The notes beneath the pieces are model-generated. The model saw nothing but the letters and a program-made list of their open reading frames with translations, searched no databases and was not told where the DNA came from. A stretch of 64,000 nt of DNA. Source: Mytilus californianus. Taxonomy: Eukaryota. Location of the stretch: contig NW_026262581.1 in the NCBI RefSeq assembly GCF_021869535.1, positions 2,852,001-2,916,000 on the forward strand. Reading direction: 5' to 3'. Shown here piece by piece: positions 1 to 13,763 of this stretch. How positions within the stretch are numbered: the first letter of the stretch is position 1; every line of letters begins with the position of its first letter. The translations under genes were made by a program, and so were the position numbers.

Positions 1-865
1 ACAAATAATATATTTTTGAATTAAGGACAGTTCTTGTATCTTTCAACAACAAGGTCTACAGGCGTAATATACAAAAAGATTTGGTTTGCAAGTTTAGCTG
101 TACTTGTAGAAAACTCATTTCAAACGGAATAGTGCATCCTTTACGGGAATATTGTTTACCAAGCCCGGAAATTTAGATACGATCCGGGTAAACTTAATAA
201 TCCTTTAAATAAACGTATTCTTAAAGATTACCAATTCAACAGTTATACTGTAATTAGATCTTTGAATATTGTTTTTATTGATATACATATTAATTTTGTT
301 ATCAGTAAATTAAAACCATATCAAATATCATTGTTATACACATATGCACATTCACGGTACTATACTATCTGTACATACCTATATTTTGGCATTGCACAAG
401 GCCATGTTTTCTTTGACTCTTAATGACGTCTTTACACTAATCCATTGGATGTTGGATGTGTACTGATTGATATTTGAGTCTTAGATACACGATATGTTTA
501 TTAGTTGTAATTGTCTTTGAACTTGTTGTCAGTAACTGCGAGAACTATCAGATCTTTACTTAGTTTTTTTTGTTGTTGTGGGATGTATAGATACGCTGCC
601 ACGTCATGTCTGTGTTTTCGTTTAATGTTTTCTGCTTTGTGTCGATCTGATGAGTTTAACCCTTTTCAACTGATTTTTATAGTTTTTTCTTATAATGTAC
701 TGTTACACCACTGTCCCAGGTTGGGAATGGGGGTTGCACCAGTAAACTAGCTTAAACCCACCACATTCTATATGAGCCTATCCCAAGTCTGTGGTTGTCG
801 TTAATTCATGTTTTTCATATTTGTTTTTCGTAAATTGTTTGTTATCAATTAGGCCGTTAGTTTTC

Positions 866-1400
866 TCAATTGAATTTTTCATATTTTTCATGTCGGGGCC
901 TTTTATAGCCGACTATACGGTATGGGGTTTTCTCACTGTTGAAGACCGTACGGTTGCCTACAATTGCTTACATCCACTTCATTTGAACTTTGGTGTATAG
1001 TTGTCTCATTGGCAATCTTACCACATATAGATATAAGAAGATGTGGTATGAGTGCCAATGAGACAACTCTCCATCCAAGTCACAATTTGTAAAAGTAAAC
1101 CATTATAGGTCAAAGTACGGCCTTCAACACGGAGCCTTGGCTCACACCGAACAGCAAGCTATAAAGGGCCCCCCATAATGACTAGTGCAAAACCATTCAA
1201 ACAGGACAACAAACGGTCTAATCTATATAAAAAAAACGAGAAACGAGAAACACCCATGAACTACATCAACAAACGACAACCACTGAACACCAGGCACCGG
1301 ACCCAGGACAGGCGCAAACAAATGGAGCAAACGCCCCAATAAACGCCAACCTTCACCCCACCTGAAACAATAGTGTAACATCCCAACATAGAAAGACACA
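866..1400. repeat. Two oppositely oriented copies of a high-copy interspersed repeat (terminal motif GATGTGGTATGA.TGCCAATGAGACAACTCTCCA)
   Basis: 866-1025 is the reverse complement of the family that starts again at ~1035 on +. Further copies at ~6585-6920(+), 24912-25400(+, interrupted), 36725-36935(-), 41130-41270(-), 43655-43835(-) and 53280-53490(+). The motif is recalled as a Mytilus high-copy repeat. Confidence 0.8.
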
Positions 1401-3246
1401 CTATAAAATATCAATAGAAATAGCTTAACTCAATCAAAAGACATATTAACAAAAACAAGTAAACATACATCTCCTTATTTTTATATGTTCTCAATAATTC
1501 AGTCTAGATGGTTGCTTCTTCCTTCTGATAATCTGACGAATCTAAATACCTACTGGCTACTCATTATAACTGTGGATTCCAATGATTAAATTTTATTTTG
1601 AGACTTCACGAAACCTGTTAGGAGTATTGTTTCTCGTTTTTTTCTTGGGCGACAGTATCCAGCCAACATCTGTAGCTACCTTAGTTAGTTTCCAGTGGTA
1701 ACGAACACATTTTAACCCTGCTATGAAATTCACAGCCAAATATTGGCAAAAGTGAATCTGGTCCTTTATCTTTTGATGAAGAAAAGATTTGTTTTAATTA
1801 AAATAGACCAAAAGATGAAATGAATATAGTTAATGCCAAAGTAAACAGGAGATAAAAAGACCTGAATTTTCATCAAATTTATATGTATATATATATATTC
1901 AAACGTTATTTCATTTCCAATCGATCGCCTTCAAATTTTGAATTCAGTCAAAGAGAAGGTTTCATGAATATTTTATCAATACAAATATCTTAAACCAAAA
2001 CTAGGACTTGATTGGAAGATAAAAAGACATGAATGCTGTTAAATAGACCCGAAGATCTAGGAGCAGGTCTATTATTTTGATTGATTCAATTACTTTCTTA
2101 TTTTTCAATGCATTTTGCTTTCACTTCAATTCTTTTAAAGACAAAGTTTAATATTTTAAGAATCTAAATACATAGTTGATGCTTGTTATCATTTTTTTAT
2201 ATACAAATCACGAAATTTTAAACAAATGAATTAAGTTGTAACTGCAGGTATGATTTATTTACCTCGGTGAGCTAATACAAGGTGTGAAATAAGGTTAGCA
2301 CACACACCCACACACACAATAATCCCATCCGCATACTCTCTCTCTCTCTCTCTGTAATTTTTGTTTGAAATTAATGATAAGTCATGCTACCCATAATGTA
2401 ATGAGGTATCAAATAATGAATAGATAATATCTAAAAATATTTATTAGTTTTTAAAAATAGCTATTTTTTTATATTAAAAATTCTATTTTCTTATATTAAA
2501 AAATAAATTTTATCATTTAAAAGTTTATTTTCAAATATTAAAAAAATGATTTTTAACATTAATGAATGTTTTTTTTTATATTTTCATAGAAGTGTAATCA
2601 TTTATCTGCAAATGGTTAAGATGTTGGCAATTAAACCAGAAAAAGACAAGATAGTTGCCATGCATACAAAAGCAGTGATAAGGTATCAATTTGATGACAG
2701 AAAAACAGACGCAATTAAGATTTCATTCCAAACCCATAACTATAAAACATTTTTTTCTGTTTGACTAAAACTAATTGCTCTTTTTAGAACAAGAGAAAAG
2801 ATAAAATATTTATGTATTACTTCTATGTTAATCAGATGAAATTCTAATACTTAAAAAGGGAATAAATTCCCCAAATGGTTTGCCATATAGAAAGATTTTA
2901 TCTAGTTCGATCTTGCTACATAAGAGAATTAATATGCACGCTGTCTGTGATCAAATTGTTTTGAATCATTATCAATAAACTGTTTTGATTGAAAAGCTAA
3001 TCAAAATAAAGCTAACTATCTATTTCTATGCACCATGCGGTGTATTGCATGCAATTTTAACACATTTGATTTTTTATTTCAGGAAAAAGGTGTTATAATA
3101 TTACTTCACTGCATGCTGTACTTCCTTGTCTATAGTTAAATTCAAGGAACTTGTTTTTGGTGAAATAATATTACTACATTTGTCTGTTCCAGAGATATAA
3201 CGGATATATCGGTCTATGTAAAATTTCGTAACACGAAAAAATCATG

Positions 3247-3299
3247 TATAAATACCAAACAGAGCTATTCCACATACACTTCCAATTCAAATCTCTAAG
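3247..3299 (+). promoter_or_regulatory. TATA box and short non-coding first exon of the secreted-peptide gene
   Basis: TATAAATA at 3247-3254, then ~45 nt downstream a strong donor AAG|gtaaga at 3299/3300. The matching acceptor cttctccag| is at 4139, 26 nt before the ATG at 4166. Confidence 0.65.
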
Positions 3300-4165
3300 G
3301 TAAGATTTACTTCTTGTATTGCAATTAAAATGGGGGAAATTTTAAATTTCACTTGTTTTGGTTTTTTTATTCGTGTATATACTACATATGGATTAAAGCC
3401 ATTCTACTTTTTACTTTAATTTGTATATAGTTTTGAATCAAATTAACAATGTTTCCTAAATTTGTAATTCATTGAGATAATTTTTCTGTTTTCATTTTAA
3501 GTCATAGTTTTCAAGAATTCTCAAAAATAACACATTTTTTTATTGTCATAAAGATTATTGGTATAAAGTAACATAGGGACGTTAAACTTAAGCTTGTAGT
3601 CAAATAATAAATAATGGAAAATAAAATGTCAAATATAACAATAACCATATTTAGGACATTTTTGTCGCTCAAAACTAAAAAGATAATTGTTCAAAGTATT
3701 TGTTTTTGAAAAATAATAGATATTATATAGAATTTCTACGGGCAAACATTTAAAAAAACAATTACTTTTGTCAACACGATGTAGAATTTGAAAAATATAT
3801 GTTTATTTGTAAAGCTTTATAGTGAAACCCTTCAGAACTTTATATAACTATAAAGAAGAAATATACATTTTCCTGATTATCGCAATCATTGAATACGACA
3901 CTTGTTGTAAATGATCAAGTTTCTTAAAAAAATGAAATGCCAATTGGCGCAAAAGCAAAGCGCCGCTTTTAAAGGGTATGACAATTAATACTTTTGTATA
4001 TTTAAAATTTGAGACTACATGTATACACCTTAAGATTTGATAATGAGGTGTTCTTAATCCAGGTAACTGTTAATATTGTTTCAATTATGATTTATTATCC
4101 AATACACATAATATAAATTAATTAATTTATCTTCTCCAGATTGTGAAAGTCATTAAAAATTCAAA

Positions 4166-5519
4166 ATGAACAAAATTGTCCTCTGTATCATCCTTCCCTG
4201 TATCCTGGCTATGGTAGTCTCAGCCTATTACGTCCCCAACTACGGGGCCCAGTACGGATATGGCCAAAGAAACGTTGCACCATACGCCAGTTACGCTGCC
4301 AACAGCAACAATGCCCTTAGACAGGCCAGACTTTTCAACTACTGTAAGTTTAGCATTGTATTTCTGACATGTATTACCAAAGAAGAATACTTTTGAATGT
4401 CATCATTAAAGATTCTTTCAAATTCATTATTTCCTTATTATTGATATCGGCGCTTAGAAAGAAAAACATAATTGTTGGGAAAATAATATTTTATGAAATT
4501 AATAAATAATAAGAATATTGCTTCCTCACGAATAATTCTTCTTAATATTACAAGAAGATCTGTAAAACGTCTACAACTTTATAAGCACAATTACATGTTC
4601 TTAGTTATAACTATCGATGCATTGTGACGAACAAGGGCCGCAAAGAGAAGATTTGGAAAAAGCTAACTATATATTGTTACTGTCTCCTTGGTGCATACCC
4701 AGCATCTAGTTTTATATTTAGAAGTAAGAAGCTTAAAAAGGGATATACATATCCCGCACGTAATAGTTCAAAGTTGCGAACTAACTTTTTAACTGTGCAG
4801 GTAATTCTTGTTCGCTATATCATATCTCATTTCACCAAGGTAAATGTCGTCTTATCGTGCAGAAAAGCATACAAAAATGAACACAAAATGAGTGTTATTA
4901 ATAGTATTTCTATAATTATATTGCAGTGTTGGGAGGATTGTACTTTTTGAACTTATTCAACTTTACCGGAAACACTATTGCTGGTTAAAATACATTTGCT
5001 GTGCAAAGAGTTAATTTTGGTGAGTCTATTTACTTTAATAACTGAATAACGACTATTGTCTGTTTGTGACCTCCTTATTTTTTTTCCATATTCTTAACGT
5101 TTGTGTAATGGCAAGAAAAAAACTGAGCGTAAAATTGATACATTTACAAAGTTTTTATTTTTTATTGTGTGTTGCTCCTTGAATTATCACATTTTAAAAT
5201 GTTCAGAACTATTTCTGCTATTAAAGGTTTACGTACTAGTTAGTCCAAAAACAAGCAATGTATCTCACTTTGTGTTACAATTATATTCCCTTTATTTACC
5301 AATACAGGTTTGATGAATCGTTGCAGCGACTCTTCTACTGTATGCTCTTTTACATTGTGAAAGGCTGATATCTTAAATCTGTCATTTTGATTTTTTTTAG
5401 ATCAAATCCGAAGATTTCTGATATTGAATGGTGCTGCTACACCTCAACGAGATGAACAACTAATTATTCTTAAAGTTGTACCAAATTTTCATTTGTTTTT
5501 CAATAAAACAGTGTTTTGA
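4166..5519 (+). CDS. Small secreted Tyr/Ala/Gly/Asn-rich peptide, ~98 aa; join(4166..4343,5401..5519)
   Basis: Signal peptide MNKIVLCIILPCILAMVVSA, then low-complexity YYVPNYGAQYGYGQRNVAPYASYAANSNNA. Phase-1 donor T|gtaagt at 4343/4344. Acceptor ttttttttag| at 5400 continues YQIRRFLILNGAATPQR... AATAAA at 5502. The last exon is less certain (alternative acceptor at 5307). Confidence 0.7.
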
Positions 5520-8166
5520 GTATATATTTCTTGTCTTTTAGATATTTATCTCAGAATTGCTTATTTTTAATGAATGATATGTTCCACAAACTCAACATAC
5601 TGTATTCATCACGCATTGAGTAAAATGCTCAATAACCAGAGTGTGTGTGTATGGTAATTTATCGTTGGGATTATAAAAATGACCAAAATTGTTATTTAAG
5701 AAAAACAGACCCATAACAAATAAAAATATCAAATAATCATCGATCAACAATGAAGAAGTACATTTACAAATATTATATCATACTGCTTGTGGGTAAATGT
5801 CAAACAAGGACAAGAGTGTTTTTTTTTTCACTTAGACCCGGAAGGTGGACATGTTTATTTTTCCAACCAAAATTTGAAAACCGTGCTGATACGAATATTA
5901 TTAAGGAGACGTGGAGTATATTTCCGTGAGACAGTAACCTTACGACACGAAAGAGCCTGATATGTTCAAATTATAAACTTTCTTTACATTTCCCGACCAA
6001 AAACTTAAGTTAGTCTTAAATAAAAAATCCACAAACCCCATATTGCTATAGTTGCTATATACAGTAACATTTCCTCCGATTTTTTTTTACTATACACGTT
6101 TATATAAAAACAAATCATAAAAATCTAATTATTTGCTATAAAAGTATAGATTTTATCAAACGTTGCATCAATCGGGACACACCCTTTGAGGCACAGTTCA
6201 TATTTCTTCGTAGTCAGCATCCTTTTATTCTAGAAGACTGAAAGTCTCGCAGTAACATTAGTTACCACACATATTTCTGCTGGCTTTAAGTAGTGTAAAC
6301 TGATGATTTCATAAGAGAGATCTATCAGGAGTAGTAATGTCATCATAAATGTAGAACAATATATAATCTTTATATCAAGAGAATAACCTCCTGAGCCAAA
6401 GGTAATTTTCCTGCGGCTACTTAAAACATTCCAAATATACATCCGATATTCATCATAAGACAATAGTAAACTATTTACAAAAAATAAATACTTATTCATG
6501 TTATTATTTACAACAGATAGTGCTTCAACAAAGTAGTCAGAGATTATTCATTTTAAGATATTATATCATTTGTCTTTATAAAAGTAAGGAGATGTGGTAT
6601 GGATGCCAGTGAGACAACTCTCCACCAAAGTTCAAAAGACGAAGAAATAAGCAAATATAAGTCCCCGTGTGGCCTTCAACAGTAAGAAAAACCCATACCG
6701 TATAGTCAGTTCAAAAGGCTCCGACATGACAAACGTGAAATAATTCAAACGAGAAAACTAACGGCCTAATACATAACAATACAATATCCGAAAAACAACT
6801 ATGACAGACATGAACAAACGACAAACATTGATTAACAGGCTCCTGGCTTGGGACGGGCACCTATAGACCCCCCCCCCCCCTTACCTGGAACAGTGGTGTA
6901 AAAACACAACATAAGAAAAACTCAGTTGTAAATGCCTTAAGCTGTTTGAAATATTTGCATTTTTTTTTTCTTTTGATGGAAAATTATTCCATTATTTTGC
7001 ATCAGAGTCCATTAAAGTTTTCTTTACAAAAATGGTCTTTGACTATGCCAGGTGTAAAGTTTTATTCTTAATGGAACGTAATTGATAATATAGAACATTT
7101 ACATGCAAAAATATCCTTCCAAATAAGGAGGTGCCTAGCCATTTATAGATTTGAATACCCGTGAATAGCTTTCTGCTTTTTGACGTTCCACTCAATATCT
7201 GTCCATTTTATACTAGTATGAACAGTAAATAAATGATGATTATGGCATTAAAGTATTTTCTAACATAGCTTGAATAATTCACGTACCACAGTATAACGTT
7301 TCGTAAAAAGAGTTAAATCTATTTCTGATAGCAAAAATATTAAAATATCCCATATCTGAGAGGTGTTACTTTTCTTTGTCACCCACATTGAATTTCTATG
7401 ATTTGAGCAATAATTCCAACCAACATTTAGTTTTTCTGAATTATAATTTTTGGACGGACGTCTCTTCGGTCTCTTCGTCTTCTTGTATTGTCGGCCTTTC
7501 TCCTACTTATGGTGGTTGATTGACCAATGGTATGGTCAGTCTTCACCTACTTATGGTGGCCGATTGCCCCAATTTGATTGTCCCATGGTATTCTATTTTG
7601 TGACGGATTAAGACACTAGTATTGTAATCGCATTTGCGATACGTTCATTTCGATGGGACATTATATCAAATTCAACACAAAAGATGTAAACTGTTTTAAT
7701 AAACGACATTTTAAGTTTTTTGTTCTTCAAAAAGTGAATAAAAGAGCCTCATTTTGTCAAGATTGGATTGGTGACCTCTCAAGAATGATCTCAGAAACAA
7801 AAAAAATGGAATTTCAAATGTGGCTACTGAAATAAAGCAGTCCGGCAAAATTGGGATTAAAACCTACCTGTTCGTTATTATAAATTGCATGAAAAGAAGG
7901 GAGATTGACTGGTACCCTATTCTGCCTCTTAGTGAATCTAAATTATATATTGACCCCCATGTTTTCTCAATAACTTTCGTAAAAAAAGGATTGTTAAACA
8001 CTGATATAAATACTTGCTGTAGAAAACTAAACGCTCCTATAAATATTGATCAATGTATACCTGTATATATAATTAATGAGTATTTATAGGTTAGCTTTCT
8101 CATTGATTACCTGTAAAAGTCTTAGTGACGGAAGAGTGCATGTGACCAACCTACAGAAAATTAGCG

Positions 8167-11100
8167 ATGCAACCATTATACAATATTCTGTTGATTCCTC
8201 TAGTATGCTTAGTTCCAGGTAAGCTCAAGCGTACCTGTTTTTGTACAATTCTACAAATTCATGTTCATAGTCTTAAAATGTATCGGCACAGTAACAGAGA
8301 TGACAGAACAGCACATTGAAGACTTTACGCATGTGGACAACAAGTGTAAATGTTAGCAGTGCAAATTTAATTTGAAAAAGTCAACACAAAAATAACCACA
8401 ACTATGAATAAAAAAAACTTTAGCATTGACATCCATGCCAAACCATGCAGATTATACATTTCAAAATCAATTCAATTCGATCACGAATTACAAAAATAGA
8501 ACAACATTCAAACGACTTTTGTAATTCAAATACATGACTGTATAATAATTATACTGTATAGATTTAAATGGAATTAGGTCCGTGCAATACTGAAATCTAT
8601 ACCATGCATGACTTGCTGTAAATGTCCTATTGACAATTTCTGTGTAAAACGACCCTGAGGTCGGGATATAGAATTAATAATTAAAGAGACGGTTAAAGAA
8701 TATAAGGTTAAATCAGGTTATACATATATCTTTTTGGAGTAAGTTTTAGCAAGACTTGTAAGCAATGAGGATATTTCTGTTGGTTTTACTAGTTTTCAGC
8801 ATAACTGTTTATGGTAAGGTGACTATGAATAAATTTGTTTATTTATCTTCAATTTGTAAATAAACGACAACAAAAAAAAAACTTTCACACGTAAAATTTT
8901 AAATACAGATAACGTTTTGCTACTTTTACATTATAAAATTCGTTTCTGCCTGATCAAAAGATACTCGTTGATTCAGTTATAATTTGGTTCGAAAGTACAC
9001 AACCATGACATCCTTACCGTAATCATACGTTACCGTCCGACTTCAAAAAAAAAAAGTAGGACCAGCTATACAGAATATATTGAACTGCTGAATTGTTAAA
9101 TAAGAAGTACAATTTTCAAATTGTTTAAACAGTTATATCATGAAATACATTTAAAATTAGAGAACAACTTCATGTCCGATAATAAAATATGTATTACATG
9201 ATTTCTGGTGTATCCTGCATTTTTAATACAAATGTTGGTAATAATAACGTTTAGCATTACCATTGACTCTACATATTACTACAAGTGTGTCCAATCCTAT
9301 TGCTTGATTAATGCAATAAAATATTATTAAATTAAAAACTCTACAATAACTTTATACAATATAAGCAATAGAAACTCTTTTCCCGTAATTATAGGATTTT
9401 TCCAAGAACATTATAATTTGATTTGTTTTACAACATTCGTGATACATGTTCATTTTACCTAGTACATAACAGTCTTTCGATGCATACAGAACAAACATGG
9501 AAATCATATTTTTTTTATGTGTGTACCACCGTATATTTTCAGTAAAAAAAATCTGAAAAAGCAGGAGCCATTATGCTTTGTGGCTCATGTAACTCGTGTT
9601 TTGTGTTTCTTGTGACCCAGTTATTGGTTTTTTCTTATGGAGATAACTTTGTCGTAATGTCTGTGTTGTTGTCTTTCATTAATTTAGTTTTGCATTTTAT
9701 AATATTTTTTTTAATTTTCTTTCATTTGTTTTATACGATAATTTGAGCCTGTTCATTTTGGTTAGTTTATATAGTTTCGTTTCTATCATTATTTTTGTTT
9801 TTGTTTCTATTGTTTGTTGGGTTTTTTTTATATTTTTTTTCATTAAAATTTTGTCCAATTTCTAGTTGAAACTCCCTTCCATGAAAGGGGGAAAAGATTT
9901 GACGCTAGTATAGACTTATGTCTTCAAAACTTTGAATTATTACCAATAGAATACATGGTAAAATGATTATTTATATTTCAGCTGATAGCTCAGTAGAATG
10001 TGATACAGCTAAAGAACTCGACAGACAGAAGAGTGGAAACACTCATAACACATTAATATTAGGATGGTATAAGATGGAAGACCATAAGTTACTCAATGAA
10101 GCTGATATTCCCGCATCATGTGCATGGATAAAGTCTCCGATATGGGCGAAAGGTACGATTTTTTTCTAGAAAAATCAACAATACTGTACAATATTTATTA
10201 TTGGTATTTGTGTTTGATTTGTTGTTGTGGTTGTTTTATATATTTGACTACCCACACTTTTGGTCTCGATCGTATCTGACGAAATTCATTCAAGAAACAA
10301 GTGCCGTGCCTTCTAAAATCGTATCATATTTTTATATGAAACAATTATACAAGTTCAATTTCTAAACAAGCCATCTTTAATACCATAAAACTTCTGCAGG
10401 TTTTTATTGGTATGCATATGTTTCAATACAGTCAATAAAAGAAACTTCTGAGACATAGTATAATGAAATTTAAGAATAGAAAATAAAATAACTTTCGTTT
10501 TTTTTCTATACTAAAATAACATGGAACATATTATTCCAAAACCATATTGATAATGGACTGCAATTTGTTTAATAAATCCTTTGAATACTTTGCCTTAAAG
10601 GGTCCTTCCCAGTTAATGAAGGTGATGAAGCAACCCTAGAAGGATGTGTCTATACTAAAGGAAATAATTGCATCTCAAAGTATAGCATTAGAGTTCACAA
10701 CTGCGGAGAACATAATGTCTACTATCTCAATGCAACTGCTACACAGGACGAAGCTTATTGTTTCAGTAAGTTGTGATATAATTTTATTCAGTACGCGTAC
10801 AAATATATTTTTGCCAGTTTGCTACACTAGATGATAACCTGAAGTTTTCCTTAACAAAGTGAATCAGCTTTTATTCGCAGTGTTATCAGGTTTAAACACA
10901 ATGTTAATACGTTTGTATATAACTGATGTCTTTGGTTAATTTATTTTTTCTTTCTTTCATTTTTATATATTTATACTTCTTTCATTTCCATTTGTTTTGT
11001 TTATCTTATAAAAATGAATATTAGAAAGTTTGCTATGCTAGACTATTATTCTTCTCTATTTTTCCAAAGTCAATTTTTGTATATTACAGACAAAATTAAC

Positions 11101-13763
11101 CCATTTATTAATACACAGTGATAGATTTTTTTTTTAGTTTGACCGCTTCGGTGATATTGTGTTCACCTCGAGTATGGGAGGTCTTAGGTTCGATCCCAGG
11201 TCAGACCAAACCAAAAACTTTAAACTGTTATTTACTACTTCTCCGCAAAGCGCGCGATATCAAGGAATAAGAGCAAAGACCGATCGGCTCAGAATAGTGT
11301 GTCCGGCTAGGATGATATGTCTTCCTGCGGACCGTTTCCTTGTGAACTAGCACGTTAAAAATCCGGCTTTCGCAGTGTCGGTCTAGTACAAAGTAGGGTG
11401 TGTAGTCATATCGCAATAACATGTTCTCGTTCTGAAAATGCTTTTAGTTTGTTACTGGACGATATTTGTCACTGGACGATAAACAGCCATCCATCATGAT
11501 CAACATTTCTTTATTTTGACATGGTATGATGTTCTATGGTAGATTTAATTTCTCGACAAATTGATTTCATCTCGATGTAGGTCTAAAAAGAGGGTCCATA
11601 TAACTAAGTTTTAAATGTTTATTGGGTAATCCGTCTGGTTTTTTTTTTTGTTTTGCATCCGCCAAATTTTGAAAGCATATACAGAGTTCAGCTAACAAGG
11701 AAGAAAAGCAACACTCACAATTAAAAACACATCTATAAACTAAATATATATGTCGTACAGTTTTTAATATCAAATTCATTATTGTCCAATAATTTTATTT
11801 AGCAAAATTACAAATTAGTATAGAAAGTTTTTCTTTTGAAGCTAATACTGACTTAAAACAATCTTGCATGGAAATGTAACCAAATTACAATGTCCTCTTA
11901 AAAACCTAGATCTCTTGATTTTCTAAAATATGTTTATTCTTTGATTCTTTTACATCAAACAATAACAAAAATATACCAATAAGTGGGAAAGCACAGCTTT
12001 GGCCTTATAAAAATTGATCTGGCAATTTTGATTGAGTGTAGAATTATTCAATTGTCTGGAACTCGAACAAAACCAGTTGCTTGCTATTCTGCAGCTCCAC
12101 ATTTGAAATATAAGAATCCAATATAATTCTTAAAACAGGATGAATGTGATAACCGAAAGCTTATACACTTAAGATCGTGGAACATATCTTTATAGCAGGA
12201 GGATAGGAAATGGAAATACGAATAAAAATTATGTTCTGTTATGATCATTTAAAGTTTTTATATTTATATTTTATAGCTCGCGAAAAGGACTACGATGACG
12301 ATGATGATTGTGAAGAACAAACTAAAGATTACGGGAAGAAGTTTCATCGATGTCATCGAAACAATCGACATGTTGTTTTGGTCATCGGATCTATTATAAT
12401 TGTTGGTGTAATAATCGCCATGGTTGCTATATAGTAGGTATTTTATCGTCTCGTACGATATCCAGCGTTTGCTGTATTGATAACGTATACAAATGATAAC
12501 AGATGATCTCAAAAGGCCCATTCGCACGATTCAAATTCTCCATTTAATCCTTATCAAAGTTTTTGGTGATTATCCTTGACATATGGAACTTTGTCAAAGT
12601 ATCCTATTTCAAAGTTTTTGTTGGTTATTCCACAAATTTAACGGGAGATGCAAATTTAAAAACAAAGATATCGCCAACTTTTATGTATATGAATTTGGCA
12701 TTTTTTCCTTCCAAATTTTAAATTGGTTGGTATGGTTATTCTTTTTAGGTCTTCATAATTGTTTAGGGGGATATACAGTTTTTATGATTTAATTATGCTA
12801 AGAAAATAAGCCGTCTAAGTGACGTGTTTGTGGACTTACATCATGATGTTATATGATATATGTAACCGGACAGCATGATTAGTATTAGATTATCAAATTG
12901 TCTCCTCCGGGACCTCTGTGTCACACGTCAGCGCTCTGCCCGACTGAGGTAAAGAAGCACTGCTTACGGCTGGCTATTTACTAGTGAAGGGAAGCAAATC
13001 CGTCACATATCACAAAATTCGATTAATCTCCATTTACACTTTTGTAAACTGCAAAATGAGTTTATCTTATCAAAAGAAAGTTGTTGTTTTTTTTAATTCA
13101 AACGATTGCAGACTAAATAATTGTGATTTTTTTACCTGTGATTTTTTTTTTGTCCTGACAGTTTTGTGACTTACTGTCCGTTTACTTTTTTTAATAATAC
13201 GCGTGAATAGTTATTTTGATCGATGAAAAACAGCTGATTGTTACATGCAATTAGATAGTCAACCTTGTTCATACCTCATCAATTTTGGTAACGAACTGCA
13301 TTTATATGTTGTTAGCCGTTGATGATAGTTTTGTGATAAAAACGGTTGCTATATTCTGATTTCAATAATATTTGCTTAACTTTTTCATGATTTTCTCCAA
13401 AATGATAGATAGTCCGGTAGGAGGAGAAATCCTATTGATGACTAAATAAATCTTTGATTAATATATGAATATATTTCCTTAGAAGGTACAGCAGAGATAC
13501 GTTTTGTTCACGTCCTAACACCGTTTTCATTTTTCTAAATCAATTAAACGGCATGACATTCCCTGTTTCATTTCCGTGAATACTTTTTACAATTCATATG
13601 TAATTTTTTTTTTTAAATAATTCAAATAATATTTTACAGCCTTTGGAGAAGAAAGCGCCTGGCAGCTTTGCTTAGAAAAGAAATGTACAAAGAAACTCCA
13701 CAACACAGAGATGGTCCAGTTGTCGTTACTACCAATGATAATCTCCCTCCTAAGAAATATTAA
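8167..13763 (+). CDS. Type I membrane protein with uromodulin/GP2/OIT3-like Cys-rich (D8C/UMOD) domain, 222 aa; join(8167..8218,9982..10152,10601..10765,12277..12433,13640..13763)
   Basis: All introns are GT-AG with compatible phases (1,1,1,2) and the join totals 669 nt. Signal peptide MQPLYNILLIPLVCLVPA. Domain motifs GWYK..., C...SPIWAKG, GCV...NC....IRVHNC..HNVYYL....EAYCF. Acidic stalk DYDDDDDCEE, TM helix VVLVIGSIIIVGVIIAMVAIYLW, basic stop-transfer RRKR, short tail. Confidence 0.85.
11141..11420 (+). mobile_element. tRNA-derived SINE (probably bivalve Meta-type), in intron 3 of the D8C gene
   Basis: B box GGTTCGATCC at 11187-11196, followed by a body (CTTCTCCGC...AAGAGCAAAGAC...GTGTCCG...CGGAC...CTAGCAC...GGTCTAGTACAAAG) recalled as a mollusc SINE core. 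Subfamily name is uncertain. Confidence 0.7.
12861..13007 (-). mobile_element. Degenerate solo LTR of the tRNA-LTR TRIM family
   Basis: TGTAACCGGA.AGCATGA...TTGTCTCC.CCGGGAC CTCTGTGT...GCTTACGGCTG...AAGGGAAGCAA..CCGTCACA aligns end to end with the LTRs at 50303-50483 and 50586-50766. Flanks are TATA / TATC. Confidence 0.8.

Noticed and set aside
12432-12437. Apparent premature TAG TAG after the TM helix of the D8C gene
   Set aside because: TA|gtaggt is a phase-2 donor. Splicing to 13640 gives TAC (Tyr) and an open cytoplasmic tail.
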